Assembly: GCA_024692925.1 (NCBI GenBank)
Contig: JAILLX010000088.1
Span: 152 to 64,151 of the forward strand
Reading direction: 5' to 3'
DNA: 64,000 nt
Source: a bacterium
GTDB lineage: Bacteria; Pseudomonadota; Alphaproteobacteria; Rs-D84; CACZYB01
Positions 1 to 11,981 of this stretch are shown in pieces. The stretch's first letter is position 1. Each line of letters begins with the position of its first letter. The notes beneath the pieces were generated by a model that was not told the DNA's origin, ran no database searches, and saw only the letters and a program-made list of their open reading frames with translations. The position numbers and the translations under genes are program-made.

Positions 1-95
1 GGACCAGGACAACCAGTAAGTACAGTTGCACCCCAAACTATTGATGCCAAAATAGCAGTAGCTTTTGCTTTATTTCTTTTAGAGATTTTATTCAT
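1..95 (-). CDS. N-terminus of a lipoprotein/secreted protein; partial, continues beyond the window start
   Basis: Reverse-complement reads MNKISKRNKAKATAILASIVWGATVLTGCPG... (signal peptide with lipobox-like LTGC); ATG at 93-95. Confidence 0.4.
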   Translation of the reverse strand, partial: MNKISKRNKAKATAILASIVWGATVLTGCPG

Positions 96-307
96 CTTAT
101 TCTCCTTGTTTTTCATTATATAATAATAAATCATAGCAAAGAATATTTAATTTGTCAACTATTTTGTCAAAGTCCATATTCTTATACACTTATGCCTCAT
201 TATAACATAAAATATGTCTAAAAAAAAGACTTTTTTACAAAAATACTTTTACTTGCTTTTTATATTGGGATACTATAAAATTCGAATAAATATAAACGGA
301 GATAAAA

Positions 308-1537
308 ATGTATAGTGTAAAATCAGATTTCTTAAATATTCTTATGGAACGTGGACTTTTTAATCAATCAAGTGATTTGGAAGGTTTGGATAAAAAACTT
401 TGCTCTGGACCACAAATTGCATATTGGGGAACTGACCCAACAGCCGACAGTCTTCATATCGGAAATCTTGCATCACTTACAATGTTAAGATGGTGGCAAA
501 AAACCGGAAACAAACCTATTGTTTTGGTTGGTGGTGCAACTGGACGAATTGGTGATCCATCCGGCCGTTCAAGTGAAAGACCTATGATGACTGATGAAAT
601 TTTTGCTAAAAACCTTGAAGGAATAAAGAAATCTGCGGGCAAGTTTTTTAATTTTGGAACCGGCAAATCCGATGCAATTATAGTAAATAACTATGATTGG
701 TTCAAAGATATTACATATATGGATTTTTTAACAAAATACGGACGTTTTTTTTCTGTAAATGAAATGCTTAAACGTGAAAGTGTAAAGTTAAGACTTGACC
801 GTGAACAACCACTTTCATTTTTGGAATTTAACTATTCACTTTTTCAGGCATACGATTTTGTTGAAATACACAAAAATTATGGTGCAATAGTTCAATTTGG
901 TGGTGGCGATCAATGGGGAAATATTGTTTCCGGTGTTGATCTTGGTAAAAAGTTTGGTATAGAGTTATTTGCCCTTACAACCCCACTTATCACTGATGCA
1001 AATGGTGTAAAGTTTGGAAAATCTATGGGAAATGCAATTTGGCTTAACGAAGAAAAACTTTCATCCTACGATTACTATCAATTCTGGCGTAATGTAGATG
1101 ACAGGGATGTTGAAAAGTTATTAAAAATATTTACAGACCTTCCAATGGATGAAATTTTGAAACTTGCAAAACTTCAGGGTGCAGAAATCAACGAAGCAAA
1201 AAAGATTTTAGCATTTGAAGCAACAAAACTTTGTCGTGGTGAAGAAGAAGCTAAAAAAGCCGAAGCAACTGCAAAGGAAACATTCGAAAATGGCGGTATG
1301 GGTCAAGATTTGCCTACATTTGAAATGGCTTCTGATTTAAACATCATTGATGCCCTTGTATCAACATCACTTTGCAAATCAAAAAGTGATGCAAGACGAA
1401 TGATTACTGCAGGTGCAATTTCGGTAAATGGTGAAAAAATTACTGATGATAAGTTTTTAATTTCAAAATCTATGGCAACCGATGGCAAAATCTTACTTTC
1501 CAGCGGAAAAAAGAACAAGGCTGTACTAAAGGTATAA
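308..1537 (+). CDS. tyrS: tyrosyl-tRNA synthetase
   Basis: 409 aa; class I HIGH motif (SLHIGNLASL) and KMSKS-like KFGKSMGN; C-terminal S4-like domain. Confidence 0.93.
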   Translation: MYSVKSDFLNILMERGLFNQSSDLEGLDKKLCSGPQIAYWGTDPTADSLHIGNLASLTMLRWWQKTGNKPIVLVGGATGRIGDPSGRSSERPMMTDEIFAKNLEGIKKSAGKFFNFGTGKSDAIIVNNYDWFKDITYMDFLTKYGRFFSVNEMLKRESVKLRLDREQPLSFLEFNYSLFQAYDFVEIHKNYGAIVQFGGGDQWGNIVSGVDLGKKFGIELFALTTPLITDANGVKFGKSMGNAIWLNEEKLSSYDYYQFWRNVDDRDVEKLLKIFTDLPMDEILKLAKLQGAEINEAKKILAFEATKLCRGEEEAKKAEATAKETFENGGMGQDLPTFEMASDLNIIDALVSTSLCKSKSDARRMITAGAISVNGEKITDDKFLISKSMATDGKILLSSGKKNKAVLKV

Positions 1538-1544
1538 TAAAAAT

Positions 1545-2129
1545 ATGATTTATGTAATACGTCACGGTGAAACTGACTTAAATAAAATTGCTATTATGCA
1601 AGGTGGTGGAACAAACCCTCCACTTAATGAATTAGGTCATAAACAAGCGTTCGAACGTGGGCAAACTTTGGTCAACCTTGGGATTGAAAAAATTTATTGT
1701 TCTGATTTAATAAGGACCAAACAAACTGCGGATGAAATGAATAAATCTCTTAACCTTCCCATTACATACAACTCACTTCTTCGTGAAACATATTATGGTA
1801 TTATGGAAGGAAAAATGGAATCAGTAATAAATTCTAATCCTGCACTTCGTGCTATCTGCGATGCAATTGACAATGGCGATAATGATGCTCATTTCAAAGA
1901 TGGGGAAAGCCGTAATATGTCCGCAAGTCGTTTTGTAAAATTTCTTAAAACTCTTGATGACAAGACAAAAAATCTCCTTATCGTGACACATGGTGGTATT
2001 CTTCGCAATTACCTTAAGGTATATGGGAACATTGATTTTAAGGTTTCAAATTGTGGTGGAGCAAGTTTTGATTTGGATAAAAACCTTTGCCCTATAAATA
2101 TCACATTAATTGGAAAAGCCAGAGAATAA
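1545..2129 (+). CDS. histidine phosphatase family protein (phosphoglycerate-mutase-like)
   Basis: N-terminal RHGETD(L)N catalytic motif and VTHGG motif. Confidence 0.8.
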   Translation: MIYVIRHGETDLNKIAIMQGGGTNPPLNELGHKQAFERGQTLVNLGIEKIYCSDLIRTKQTADEMNKSLNLPITYNSLLRETYYGIMEGKMESVINSNPALRAICDAIDNGDNDAHFKDGESRNMSASRFVKFLKTLDDKTKNLLIVTHGGILRNYLKVYGNIDFKVSNCGGASFDLDKNLCPINITLIGKARE

Positions 2130-2220
2130 AAACCTATTAAAATTTTCATTTTCCCTATTGAAAAACAGAATATACCTCCCTATATAAAAAGGTATAAATA
2201 AAAAAAATCGGAGGTATATT

Positions 2221-2511
2221 ATGAATTTTAAACCATTATTTAATAATATTCTTGTTGAAAGAATGGAAGAAGAAACTACTACAAAGGGTGGTATAATTAT
2301 TCCTGATACTGCAAAGGAAAAACCATCACGTGGTCGTGTATTGGCTGTTGGTGAAGGTACTACATTTGAAAATGGAAACACAATACCTATGCGTGTAAAG
2401 GTTGGTGATATTGTTCTTTTCTCAAAATGGGGTGGAACCGAAATCAAACTTGATGGCAAAGACAGACTTATTATGAAAGAAACTGACGTTCTTGGAATTA
2501 TAAACGAATAA
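2221..2511 (+). CDS. groES: co-chaperonin GroES
   Basis: 96 aa; MNFKPL..ILVER...KGGIIIPDTAKEKP..G.VLAVGEG; immediately upstream of groEL; RBS ggagg before ATG. Confidence 0.95.
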   Translation: MNFKPLFNNILVERMEEETTTKGGIIIPDTAKEKPSRGRVLAVGEGTTFENGNTIPMRVKVGDIVLFSKWGGTEIKLDGKDRLIMKETDVLGIINE

Positions 2512-2520
2512 GGAGATTAA

Positions 2521-4179
<1,659 letters not shown>

Positions 4180-4202
4180 AAATTCAACCCTCCTTATAAA
4201 AC

Positions 4203-4233
4203 TTCCCCGATTCATTTCGGGGAGTTTTTTTAT
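4203..4233 (+). terminator. rho-independent terminator after groEL
   Basis: ccccga...tcgggg hairpin followed by T-run. Confidence 0.6.
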
Positions 4234-4297
4234 TTTAATTTTGCCAACAAAAAAGAGCTTCCTAAGAAGCCCTTTTAAACTAAAATACAATTAACAA

Positions 4298-4573
4298 TTA
4301 TTTGTTAACAGCATCTTTCAAAGTTTTACCAGCTTTGAATTTTGGTTGTACAGATGCTGGGATCTTAATTTCTTCACCAGTTCTTGGGTTGTGACCCTTT
4401 GTTGCTTTTCTCTTAGAAACTGAGAATGTACCAAAACCAATAAGTTTTACTTCTTCTTTTTTCTTCAAAGCTTTTGTTACAACATTGATGAAAGCTTCAA
4501 CAACTTCAGATGTTTTTGCTTTTGAAAGATCTGTTGCTTCTGCAATAGCATTGATGATATCATTTTTATTCAT
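4298..4573 (-). CDS. hup: HU family DNA-binding protein
   Basis: 91 aa; MNKNDII..IA....LSK; GFGTF..SKRKA..G.NPRTGEEI.IPA signature arm. Confidence 0.9.
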   Translation of the reverse strand: MNKNDIINAIAEATDLSKAKTSEVVEAFINVVTKALKKKEEVKLIGFGTFSVSKRKATKGHNPRTGEEIKIPASVQPKFKAGKTLKDAVNK

Positions 4574-4787
4574 AGTATATCTCCTTTTTAAGTTTTTACC
4601 TTTTCTTATGCATTGATTTTCAACACATACCTAGATTCTAACTATTAAAACACGCATAAGTCAACAAAAAAAGTTCAAAAAACCCTAAAAAACCCTTATT
4701 TTTTCCAAAAAAACGGGTTTTTTAACCTAAATTTTATGATTTGTCCCTATTTTTCAAATAAAAATACAGTCAAAAATCAAAGATTCT

Positions 4788-5426
4788 CTAATACAATCCA
4801 TCATAAATCTTGGCTTTTCCAGACTTAACTTCACCCGAAACTTGCAAGAAATATTTTGAATCATAAAGAGCCGCACCATCATCATTTGTTGAACATTTAT
4901 AATATGCGTCATCAGTCTTTTTATCACGACAATCCACATAAACACCATTACTAATAACATCATCCAACGAAACACGATTTGTTGCCAAAGCAAGAAGTAC
5001 TTCTGCGAATGCAAGAATAATAACACCTATAACAAGCATTGCAATATGCATCCACTTCATATCCCCTTCATACGAAGCCTTTACAAAAATCCACAAAATC
5101 ATAAACACCGCAGCAACATAAATAAGGCGTCTGAATTGTAAAAATAGTTTTTCCGCCCTTTGCACAAATTTTTTCCATGGACCAAGGTCAGCTTCACCAA
5201 AATGCAAATCACGAACCGAGCAATATGCCTCTAAATTTTCAGATTTTTTTGGTGCATTTTTCAAAACATTTGGACAATGAGTTTTTATCCTTTTTACCAT
5301 ATCATCAGTAAAACGAAAAGTCTGTGTATTAGTCGAAGAACGATGATATGTTGTCCTTCTTCTTTGTGCCATAGATGGACTTGCAATAAACAAAGCTAAC
5401 ATCAAAAACAAAATAAACTTTTTCAT
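4788..5426 (-). CDS. hypothetical secreted/membrane protein
   Basis: 212 aa; N-terminal signal peptide (MKKFILFLMLALFIASPSMA), internal hydrophobic helices; no recognisable catalytic motif. Confidence 0.45.
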   Translation of the reverse strand: MKKFILFLMLALFIASPSMAQRRRTTYHRSSTNTQTFRFTDDMVKRIKTHCPNVLKNAPKKSENLEAYCSVRDLHFGEADLGPWKKFVQRAEKLFLQFRRLIYVAAVFMILWIFVKASYEGDMKWMHIAMLVIGVIILAFAEVLLALATNRVSLDDVISNGVYVDCRDKKTDDAYYKCSTNDDGAALYDSKYFLQVSGEVKSGKAKIYDGLY

Positions 5427-5480
5427 TTTACATCTCCTATAAAAAACATATTAACACAAATACGCCCTGATTGCAAATAT

Positions 5481-6698
5481 TTATTCAGTAATTGACTTTA
5501 TTTCATTATTAGTTTCTATACCAATATCCTTTACCGTTTTGGCACCCAAAGCCTTCATATCTTCGGCAATAGAAATTGCATTCCCCCTTCCACTGGAAAG
5601 TTGTTTATACGCTTCTTCGTATGCCTTTCTTGCGGAACTAAGTCCTTTATCAATACCTTCCATATTACCGACAAAGCCAACCAATTTATCGTAAAGTTGC
5701 CCTGCCTTATCCGCAATCTTACTTGCATTTTGATTTTGTTTTTCAATATTCCACAAATTTTTCACAGTCCTAAGTATTGGAAGTATTGATGACGGCGTTG
5801 TAATTGCAACATTGTTTTTATAAGCATTATCATAGATTGTATTATCACCCTTTAATGCCTCAATATATGCATGTTCATTCGGAATAAACATAAATACGAA
5901 ATCAAGACTATTATCTTTCAAAAGTTTTTGATATTCCTTTGTCGAAAGTTCGGAAATATGTTTTTTAATTGAAGAAATATGAAGTTCCAAACAACGTTTT
6001 CTTTCTGCATCATCTTCGGATTTTACATAATCGACATAGTTGGAAATAGAAACCTTTGAATCGACAATAAGTTTTTTTCCATCCGGAAGAGAGATTATAC
6101 AATCCGGACGAAGATTTTCGCCATCTTCTCCCTTCAAATTAAATTGCATTTGATAATCTCTACCTTCTAAAAATCCAGCCATATCCAAAATGTTTTTAAG
6201 TTGGTTTTCACCCCAATCCCCCTGAATTTTGCTATTACCCTTTAATGCCTTCACCAAATCATCAGCATTTTTCGAAAGGGTTGTATTCATATTTTTTAAA
6301 TCTTCCAAATTCTTTTTTAAAAAACCTTTATCTTCCCTATTTATTTCATTTGTTCGTTCAATAAGGCTTTTAAAATTATTTATATCAGTTTTAAATGGAT
6401 TAAGTATAACCGACAAATTTTCTTTCTGTTCCCTATCTAAATCCGCCTTTTGATTTTTAAGAACTTTGTTGGAAATATTTTCAAATTTTTCCTCCATAGT
6501 TTTTTGCATATTCAAAAGATTATTCGAAACATTTTCCTTTTCAGTTTTCAAAATAAACTCTAATTTTTCCTTTTCAAATTTAAGTTTTAAAAAGGCATCT
6601 TTTATCTTATTTTTTTCATTAAAAGCCAAATACCAATTCAAAGATGCGATTATCGAAACTATGACAAAGACTATTAGTAAAATTGTTGATATTTCCAT
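5481..6698 (-). CDS. rmuC: DNA recombination protein RmuC
   Basis: 405 aa; N-terminal TM helix, long coiled coil, C-terminal RmuC-type region (FVFMFIPNEHAYIEAL..ITTPSSILPILRTV). Confidence 0.8.
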   Translation of the reverse strand: MEISTILLIVFVIVSIIASLNWYLAFNEKNKIKDAFLKLKFEKEKLEFILKTEKENVSNNLLNMQKTMEEKFENISNKVLKNQKADLDREQKENLSVILNPFKTDINNFKSLIERTNEINREDKGFLKKNLEDLKNMNTTLSKNADDLVKALKGNSKIQGDWGENQLKNILDMAGFLEGRDYQMQFNLKGEDGENLRPDCIISLPDGKKLIVDSKVSISNYVDYVKSEDDAERKRCLELHISSIKKHISELSTKEYQKLLKDNSLDFVFMFIPNEHAYIEALKGDNTIYDNAYKNNVAITTPSSILPILRTVKNLWNIEKQNQNASKIADKAGQLYDKLVGFVGNMEGIDKGLSSARKAYEEAYKQLSSGRGNAISIAEDMKALGAKTVKDIGIETNNEIKSITE

Positions 6699-6766
6699 TT
6701 TTATACCTTATATTATTAATTATCGAACAAATTATACTAACAATTTATAAAAAAAGAAAGATTAAA

Positions 6767-7306
6767 GTGGATAATAAACAAAAATTAACATTGGTAATTG
6801 AACCTGATCCAATACTTCATCAAATTTCAGAAAAGGTTGAAAATATCACCGCTGATTTGGATGATATTTTAAATGAAATGGCTGATATTATGGGACAATT
6901 TGATGGTATCGGGCTTGCCGCACCACAGGTTGGAATCCTAAAACGTATGATTATAATTGATGCCGAAACCATTGCACGTGAAGAAAAAACTTCTCTTCCT
7001 GAAAAAAGGTATCTTAAAATCATAAATCCTGAAATAATCGAAGTATCAAAGGAAACCTGTCTAAAAGAAGAAGGTTGTCTTTCACTTCCAACAATTTATT
7101 ACACTGTTGAACGTCCGGAAAAAATCACTATCAAATACTTTGATGAATCAGGTAAGGAAACAAAACTTTCTGCAAATGGACTTTTGGCACGTTGTATTGA
7201 ACACGAAATTGACCACCTAAACGGAAAAATTTTCATCGATTATGTTGGCCCAATGAAAAGAAAACTTGCACTTTCAAAATTAAGAAAGATGAAACCAAGA
7301 AAATGA
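6767..7306 (+). CDS. def: peptide deformylase (start reassigned to in-frame GTG; the listed ORF start overlaps rmuC)
   Basis: GIGLAAPQVG, EGCLS and HEIDHLNG motifs. Confidence 0.88.
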   Translation: MDNKQKLTLVIEPDPILHQISEKVENITADLDDILNEMADIMGQFDGIGLAAPQVGILKRMIIIDAETIAREEKTSLPEKRYLKIINPEIIEVSKETCLKEEGCLSLPTIYYTVERPEKITIKYFDESGKETKLSANGLLARCIEHEIDHLNGKIFIDYVGPMKRKLALSKLRKMKPRK

Positions 7307-7707
7307 TAGAAATAAAAACAACAAAGCAATTTTTAAAAAAAGATTTATTTGAATTATTCAATGCATCAAATTGGGATAGTGCAAAGTATACAACCATACT
7401 TAAAACTGCATTTAAAAATTCATCCAATGTAATTTCTGCATGGGATAATGAAAAACTTGTAGGAATAATTCGTGATTTAGATGATAAGGTATGGAATGCA
7501 AACATTGATTGCCTATTAATACATCCGGAATACAGACGAAATGGTATCGGAACAAAATTATTAACAACCATGCTTGATTTATTAAAAAATATTCAGTACA
7601 TAACCATCGCACCAAACGAACGTGAAACTTTTGCTTTTTACGAAAAATTTGGTTTCAAAGAAGTAAGCTCTGGTTGTTGTTTACAATTAAGTAATATTGA
7701 AAAATAA
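7303..7707 (+). CDS. GNAT family N-acetyltransferase
   Basis: 134 aa; acetyl-CoA binding R..G.G motif (YRRNGIGTKLL); lies between def and fmt. Confidence 0.65.
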   Translation: MIEIKTTKQFLKKDLFELFNASNWDSAKYTTILKTAFKNSSNVISAWDNEKLVGIIRDLDDKVWNANIDCLLIHPEYRRNGIGTKLLTTMLDLLKNIQYITIAPNERETFAFYEKFGFKEVSSGCCLQLSNIEK

Positions 7708-7718
7708 GGGTATAAATA

Positions 7719-8672
7719 ATGAACGATAAAGAAATTTTAGAAACAAATTCAAAAGAAAAATTAAAAATAGTATTTATGGGAACACCTGATTTCGCTGTAC
7801 CTGCACTTAAAAAATTGATTGAAAGACATAATGTCATCAGTGTTTTTACTAAAGAAGCAAAACCTGTTGGTCGCAATATGGTTTTAACAAAATCCCCTGT
7901 GCAAGTTGTTGCCGAAGAATACGGCATTCCTGTTCAAACACCAAAAAATTTCAAGGATGTTTTAAGTATAACAAAGGTTCAAATGTTCCATCCTGATATG
8001 ATTATAGTTTGTGCATACGGTGTAATTCTTCCGGAACGTGTTCTTGATATTCCACGTCTTGGATGTATAAATATCCACGCATCAATTCTACCTCGTCATC
8101 GTGGAGCCAACCCAATCCAAAGGGCAATTATGGCTGGCGACAGAATGGCTGGTGTCACAATTATGAATATGGATAAAGGTGTTGATACTGGTTCTATGCT
8201 TCTAAAGGATGCAATTCCTGTACCCCAAGATATGACCTATGGCGAATTGGAAAATGCGTTAAGTGAAATGGGCGGAAACCTTATTATCGAATATCTTGAT
8301 AATATGGATAACATTTTACCACAACGTCAACCTCGGGAATTTACTCTTGCTCCAAAATTGGAAAAAGAAGAAGCAATAATAAATTGGGAAAAAAATGCAA
8401 CAACTATTCATAATTTAGTTCGTGGTCTTTCGCCATATCCTTATGCAAAATTCACCCACAACGATAATGTAATAAAGTTGATAAAAAGTGAGGTTGTAAA
8501 GGAAACTACTGATAAACCTGCTGGTACAGTATTAAGCAATGATTTGCAAATTGCATGTGGCGAAGGAACTGTATTAAAGATTCTTTCCGTACAAAAGGCT
8601 GGCGGTAAAATCATAGATACAAAATCATTCCTTAACGGATATAAAATTGAAATTGGCGAAGTATTAAAATAA
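7719..8672 (+). CDS. fmt: methionyl-tRNA formyltransferase
   Basis: 317 aa; IVFMGTPDFAVP N-terminus and formyltransferase core; def-fmt linkage. Confidence 0.93.
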   Translation: MNDKEILETNSKEKLKIVFMGTPDFAVPALKKLIERHNVISVFTKEAKPVGRNMVLTKSPVQVVAEEYGIPVQTPKNFKDVLSITKVQMFHPDMIIVCAYGVILPERVLDIPRLGCINIHASILPRHRGANPIQRAIMAGDRMAGVTIMNMDKGVDTGSMLLKDAIPVPQDMTYGELENALSEMGGNLIIEYLDNMDNILPQRQPREFTLAPKLEKEEAIINWEKNATTIHNLVRGLSPYPYAKFTHNDNVIKLIKSEVVKETTDKPAGTVLSNDLQIACGEGTVLKILSVQKAGGKIIDTKSFLNGYKIEIGEVLK

Positions 8673-9415
8673 TGGTTAAATATTTTTTGGAAATAGAATA
8701 TGTCGGCACAAATTATTCTGGGTGGCAAATCCAAGATAATTCCCCATCTATTGAAGGTGCAATTGAAACCGCAATCCAAAAATTTTGTGGGGAAAAGACT
8801 CTTGTATATTCCAGCGGAAGAACTGATGCTGGTGTCCACGCAATCAAAATGCCTGCACATATTGAGCTTTCAAAAGAATATGACCCTTATAAAATTTTGA
8901 TGGGTGTGAATTTCCATCTTAAGGATGCCGGCCATACAATTTCTATTTTAACTGTAAAAAAAGTTGATGACGATTTTCACGCAAGGTTCAGTTGCAAAAA
9001 ACGACACTATATATACAAAATTTTAAACCGCCCTACCCGTCCAGTAATTGAAGAAAATCGTGCATGGTGGGTATATAATGAATTGGATGTTGATTTTATG
9101 AATAAGGTTGCACAACACCTTCTTGGCAAACACGATTTTTCAACTTTTCGTGCTGCTGAATGTCAGGCAAAATCACCAATCAAAACACTTGATGAAATAA
9201 GAGTTGAAAAAAATGGTGATGAAATTGACATCATCGTTTCTGCACAATCATTTTTACATCATCAAGTAAGAAATATGGTCGGAACTCTTGTCCTTATTGG
9301 AAAACACAAATGGACCGAACAAGATTTTATTGACGCATTCAATGCTTGTGATCGTCGCCGTGGTGGACCAACTGCCCCTGCATGCGGACTTTATTTTAAT
9401 TATGCCGAGTACTAA
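8672..9415 (+). CDS. truA: tRNA pseudouridine(38-40) synthase TruA
   Basis: 247 aa; YVGTNYSGWQ.Q and SSGRTDAGVHA catalytic Asp motif. Confidence 0.93.
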   Translation: MVKYFLEIEYVGTNYSGWQIQDNSPSIEGAIETAIQKFCGEKTLVYSSGRTDAGVHAIKMPAHIELSKEYDPYKILMGVNFHLKDAGHTISILTVKKVDDDFHARFSCKKRHYIYKILNRPTRPVIEENRAWWVYNELDVDFMNKVAQHLLGKHDFSTFRAAECQAKSPIKTLDEIRVEKNGDEIDIIVSAQSFLHHQVRNMVGTLVLIGKHKWTEQDFIDAFNACDRRRGGPTAPACGLYFNYAEY

Positions 9416-9416
9416 A

Positions 9417-9665
9417 ATGCCAAAACAAATTTTTCAAATACATCTTTGCCCCAATTCCAAAAAAGATAAAATCGCCGGAACATTCAACGGCAAAATAAAA
9501 ATTTCCATCACTGCACAACCCATTGATGGAAAGGCAAACGAAGCCCTCATTAAATTTTTATCAAAAAAATTTCATATTTCGAAAAGTTCCATTGAAATAT
9601 TAAAGGGGCTAACCTCCCGTGAAAAAACTATTTCAATCGATTCGGAAAACGAAATAAAAATGTAA
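9417..9665 (+). CDS. DUF167/YggU family protein
   Basis: In-frame ATG 2 nt after the truA stop; ...ITAQPIDGKANEALIKFLSKKF...SSIEILKG..SREK motif pattern typical of UPF0235. Confidence 0.7.
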   Translation: MPKQIFQIHLCPNSKKDKIAGTFNGKIKISITAQPIDGKANEALIKFLSKKFHISKSSIEILKGLTSREKTISIDSENEIKM

Positions 9666-9917
9666 TTATTTTTTCTTCCAATTTCTTTCTAATTCAGAAA
9701 TAATTTCTTTTGCACTAACACCTATGGCATGAGCTACATCCAAAAATTCTATTACATCAAGACGTCTGTCGCCATTTTCATATTTTGAAATATATGATTG
9801 ATTTTTATGCAATACATCAGCCAATTTTTTCTGTGTAAGGCCCATTCTTTTTCTTGCATTAAAAATAAGTTTTAAAAAAAGTTTATTATTATCATTTAAT
9901 TGTCTTGTCATTTTCAA
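9666..9917 (-). CDS. XRE-family helix-turn-helix transcriptional regulator
   Basis: 83 aa; LTQKKLADVLHKNQSYISKYENGDR HTH_3-type motif. Confidence 0.8.
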   Translation of the reverse strand: MKMTRQLNDNNKLFLKLIFNARKRMGLTQKKLADVLHKNQSYISKYENGDRRLDVIEFLDVAHAIGVSAKEIISELERNWKKK

Positions 9918-10048
9918 ATCCTCCGTTAATTAAGATTATACAAAAGTATCCTTTAAATGCAATACCATAATTGATACCGACTCTAATAAAAAATTATTCT
10001 AAATTTTCAAAAAAACAAAGAAGTTGAAATTCAAAAAAATAAACAAAA

Positions 10049-10303
10049 TTACTTTTTCCCCTTTCTAATCATATTTTTTATAAAGGAAACAAGATATCGT
10101 TCTCCCTCTAAAAATCTTAATTCTGCATCACTTGATGTTGGCGACAAATAGCGATTAAGTGTAATTGAAACCAAATATTCCAAAACTTTTTTTCCACAAT
10201 CAGTATTAAAAGTTTTTACAAAATAAATAGGCATAACTTCTAACTCTTTTTTAAAATCTTTATCTTCCAATAAATCATTCATTCCTAATAAATCCTTTTT
10301 CAT
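10049..10303 (-). CDS. hypothetical protein (start reassigned to MKKDLLG)
   Basis: ORF with G-rich RBS; no recognisable motif; last gene of the minus-strand phage-like block. Confidence 0.35.
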   Translation of the reverse strand: MKKDLLGMNDLLEDKDFKKELEVMPIYFVKTFNTDCGKKVLEYLVSITLNRYLSPTSSDAELRFLEGERYLVSFIKNMIRKGKK

Positions 10304-10372
10304 AATTTCCCCCATAAATAAAAAAGGGTACCTTTTAAAAAGATACCCTATAAAAAATAATAACAAAAATTT

Positions 10373-11032
10373 TTATATAAATATTTGACCAGTCATTTTA
10401 AGTGTCTTTGGAAATGCTTTAAGACTACTGTTTCCACTTACAAAAATATGACCATTAACAAAATTATTTCCTGCAAAACTTAATGCTTCCGAATTAATAA
10501 GGTATATATTTCCAATCACATGGAAATTTTTCGGAATTTTTACAAAGTTAATATCTTTGATATACAAATCACCTTCGATTCGCACATTGGATTTAAGATA
10601 TTCCAAATGTCCCTTTGTAAACAAAACATTACCACTTATAACCTTAACTTTTGACGAAGATTTTTTAAATTTCACAACATTAGTTTTCTTCGAAGTCAAA
10701 ACTTGTTTACGGCAATTTTTACCATTACAAAGCAACTTTGCCTTATTCAAATATCTATCGCTTGCATAATTTTTAAGACCCGCAGAAAGAGGAATTCCTC
10801 TTTTAAACTCAACACCATCATCATAAACAAAATTAACTTTCGTAGGTCTTGCAAAAGGAACAAAAATATTTTCTGGTTTATCTTCTTTATTAGCCTTTAT
10901 ATAAGCACGAATTTCCGCCTTTTTAACTTCTTTTGCTGATTTTTTATAAGTTTTCATATAAACAAAACCACCCAAAATCATCAAAAATAATCCGGTAAAA
11001 ACAAGCATATATCTTTTTTGTTCAGTATTCAT
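10373..11032 (-). CDS. membrane-anchored hypothetical protein with C-terminal repeat-like region
   Basis: 219 aa; N-terminal TM helix; C-terminal N/I/G-rich repetitive segment (leucine-rich-repeat-like). Confidence 0.45.
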   Translation of the reverse strand: MNTEQKRYMLVFTGLFLMILGGFVYMKTYKKSAKEVKKAEIRAYIKANKEDKPENIFVPFARPTKVNFVYDDGVEFKRGIPLSAGLKNYASDRYLNKAKLLCNGKNCRKQVLTSKKTNVVKFKKSSSKVKVISGNVLFTKGHLEYLKSNVRIEGDLYIKDINFVKIPKNFHVIGNIYLINSEALSFAGNNFVNGHIFVSGNSSLKAFPKTLKMTGQIFI

Positions 11033-11111
11033 AATAACACCTTTTGGTTCAATTTATAGCTATAATTTATCCTCAAAATATTTATTTGTCAACTATTTTG
11101 TTTATTTTTTG

Positions 11112-11981
11112 TCATATTTTAAAATCAGTCCTAATTTTAAATGGAATATTAGGCAATTTCCGCACATTTCTTATTCTTCCACCAACAACAGCCGGCATTT
11201 TCACAGGCTCAGCCAAAATTGCACCAGCAACACTATCCAAACCATCATCATGAACATTGCTATCAACATTCCAGTCTGTAAATTCGCCAATAAACGGAGT
11301 ATTTTTCACTGATTCGTTCACAAAAAGATAGCCCGCAGACACAACCGCATCAAACGCATCCAAAATCCTAAGCTCCTTTGAAACCTTTGAAGTTTTTGCA
11401 ACAACAACCGTATCAATTCCCATTTTCAAAAGTTCGGATCTTAAAAACTCTGGTAAAAATTTACCAATACCATTACTTTCAACATTAATAAGCGGTACAA
11501 AATTTCTTTTTAAAAATCGCCCAACACTTTGACATTGATATCGTGCAGATTGCACATCCTCGCCGTCCTTAAAATAAAGATATTCCACATCATGCAGGTA
11601 ATACCGCCCATCTTCATCAATGAAAACAACTGACACAACCGAACCATCACCATTTTTGGAACCATACGCCGGATCCCACCAACAAGACATACTGATAATT
11701 CGTTTATCCATAATGGAAAAGAAAAGTTCCCTATTCCGCTCCTCTCGTTTTATCTCGGCATCATAGAATGAAAGTTTATTCACATCAAACCTTCCATCAC
11801 TAATATCAACCGGACAAAGCATCATCTGGGCTGAAAATTTTTTCATACCAACTGATTTTTTAAGTTGTTCTATTTTCTCCAACGGAAACTTTTCTTCCCA
11901 AACTGACTTTCCATTTTCAATAACCGGAATTTTCAAGACATCATAACCAATCAAAAAAGCATCGAAAACATCATCACTCAT
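11112..11981 (-). CDS. phage terminase large subunit, C-terminal nuclease (RNase H-like) domain only
   Basis: 289 aa; WWDPAYGSKNGDGSVVSVV (beta1 catalytic Asp) and C-terminal HDDGLDSVAGAI terminase signature; ATG overlaps the portal stop (ATGAGTGA). Confidence 0.8.
   Translation of the reverse strand: MSDDVFDAFLIGYDVLKIPVIENGKSVWEEKFPLEKIEQLKKSVGMKKFSAQMMLCPVDISDGRFDVNKLSFYDAEIKREERNRELFFSIMDKRIISMSCWWDPAYGSKNGDGSVVSVVFIDEDGRYYLHDVEYLYFKDGEDVQSARYQCQSVGRFLKRNFVPLINVESNGIGKFLPEFLRSELLKMGIDTVVVAKTSKVSKELRILDAFDAVVSAGYLFVNESVKNTPFIGEFTDWNVDSNVHDDGLDSVAGAILAEPVKMPAVVGGRIRNVRKLPNIPFKIRTDFKI

Noticed and set aside
6683-6766. Annotated ORF start of def at 6683 (MLIFPFLYLILL...)
   Set aside because: The N-terminal 28 residues are hydrophobic junk overlapping the end of rmuC. 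The in-frame GTG at 6767 gives a canonical ~179-aa deformylase.
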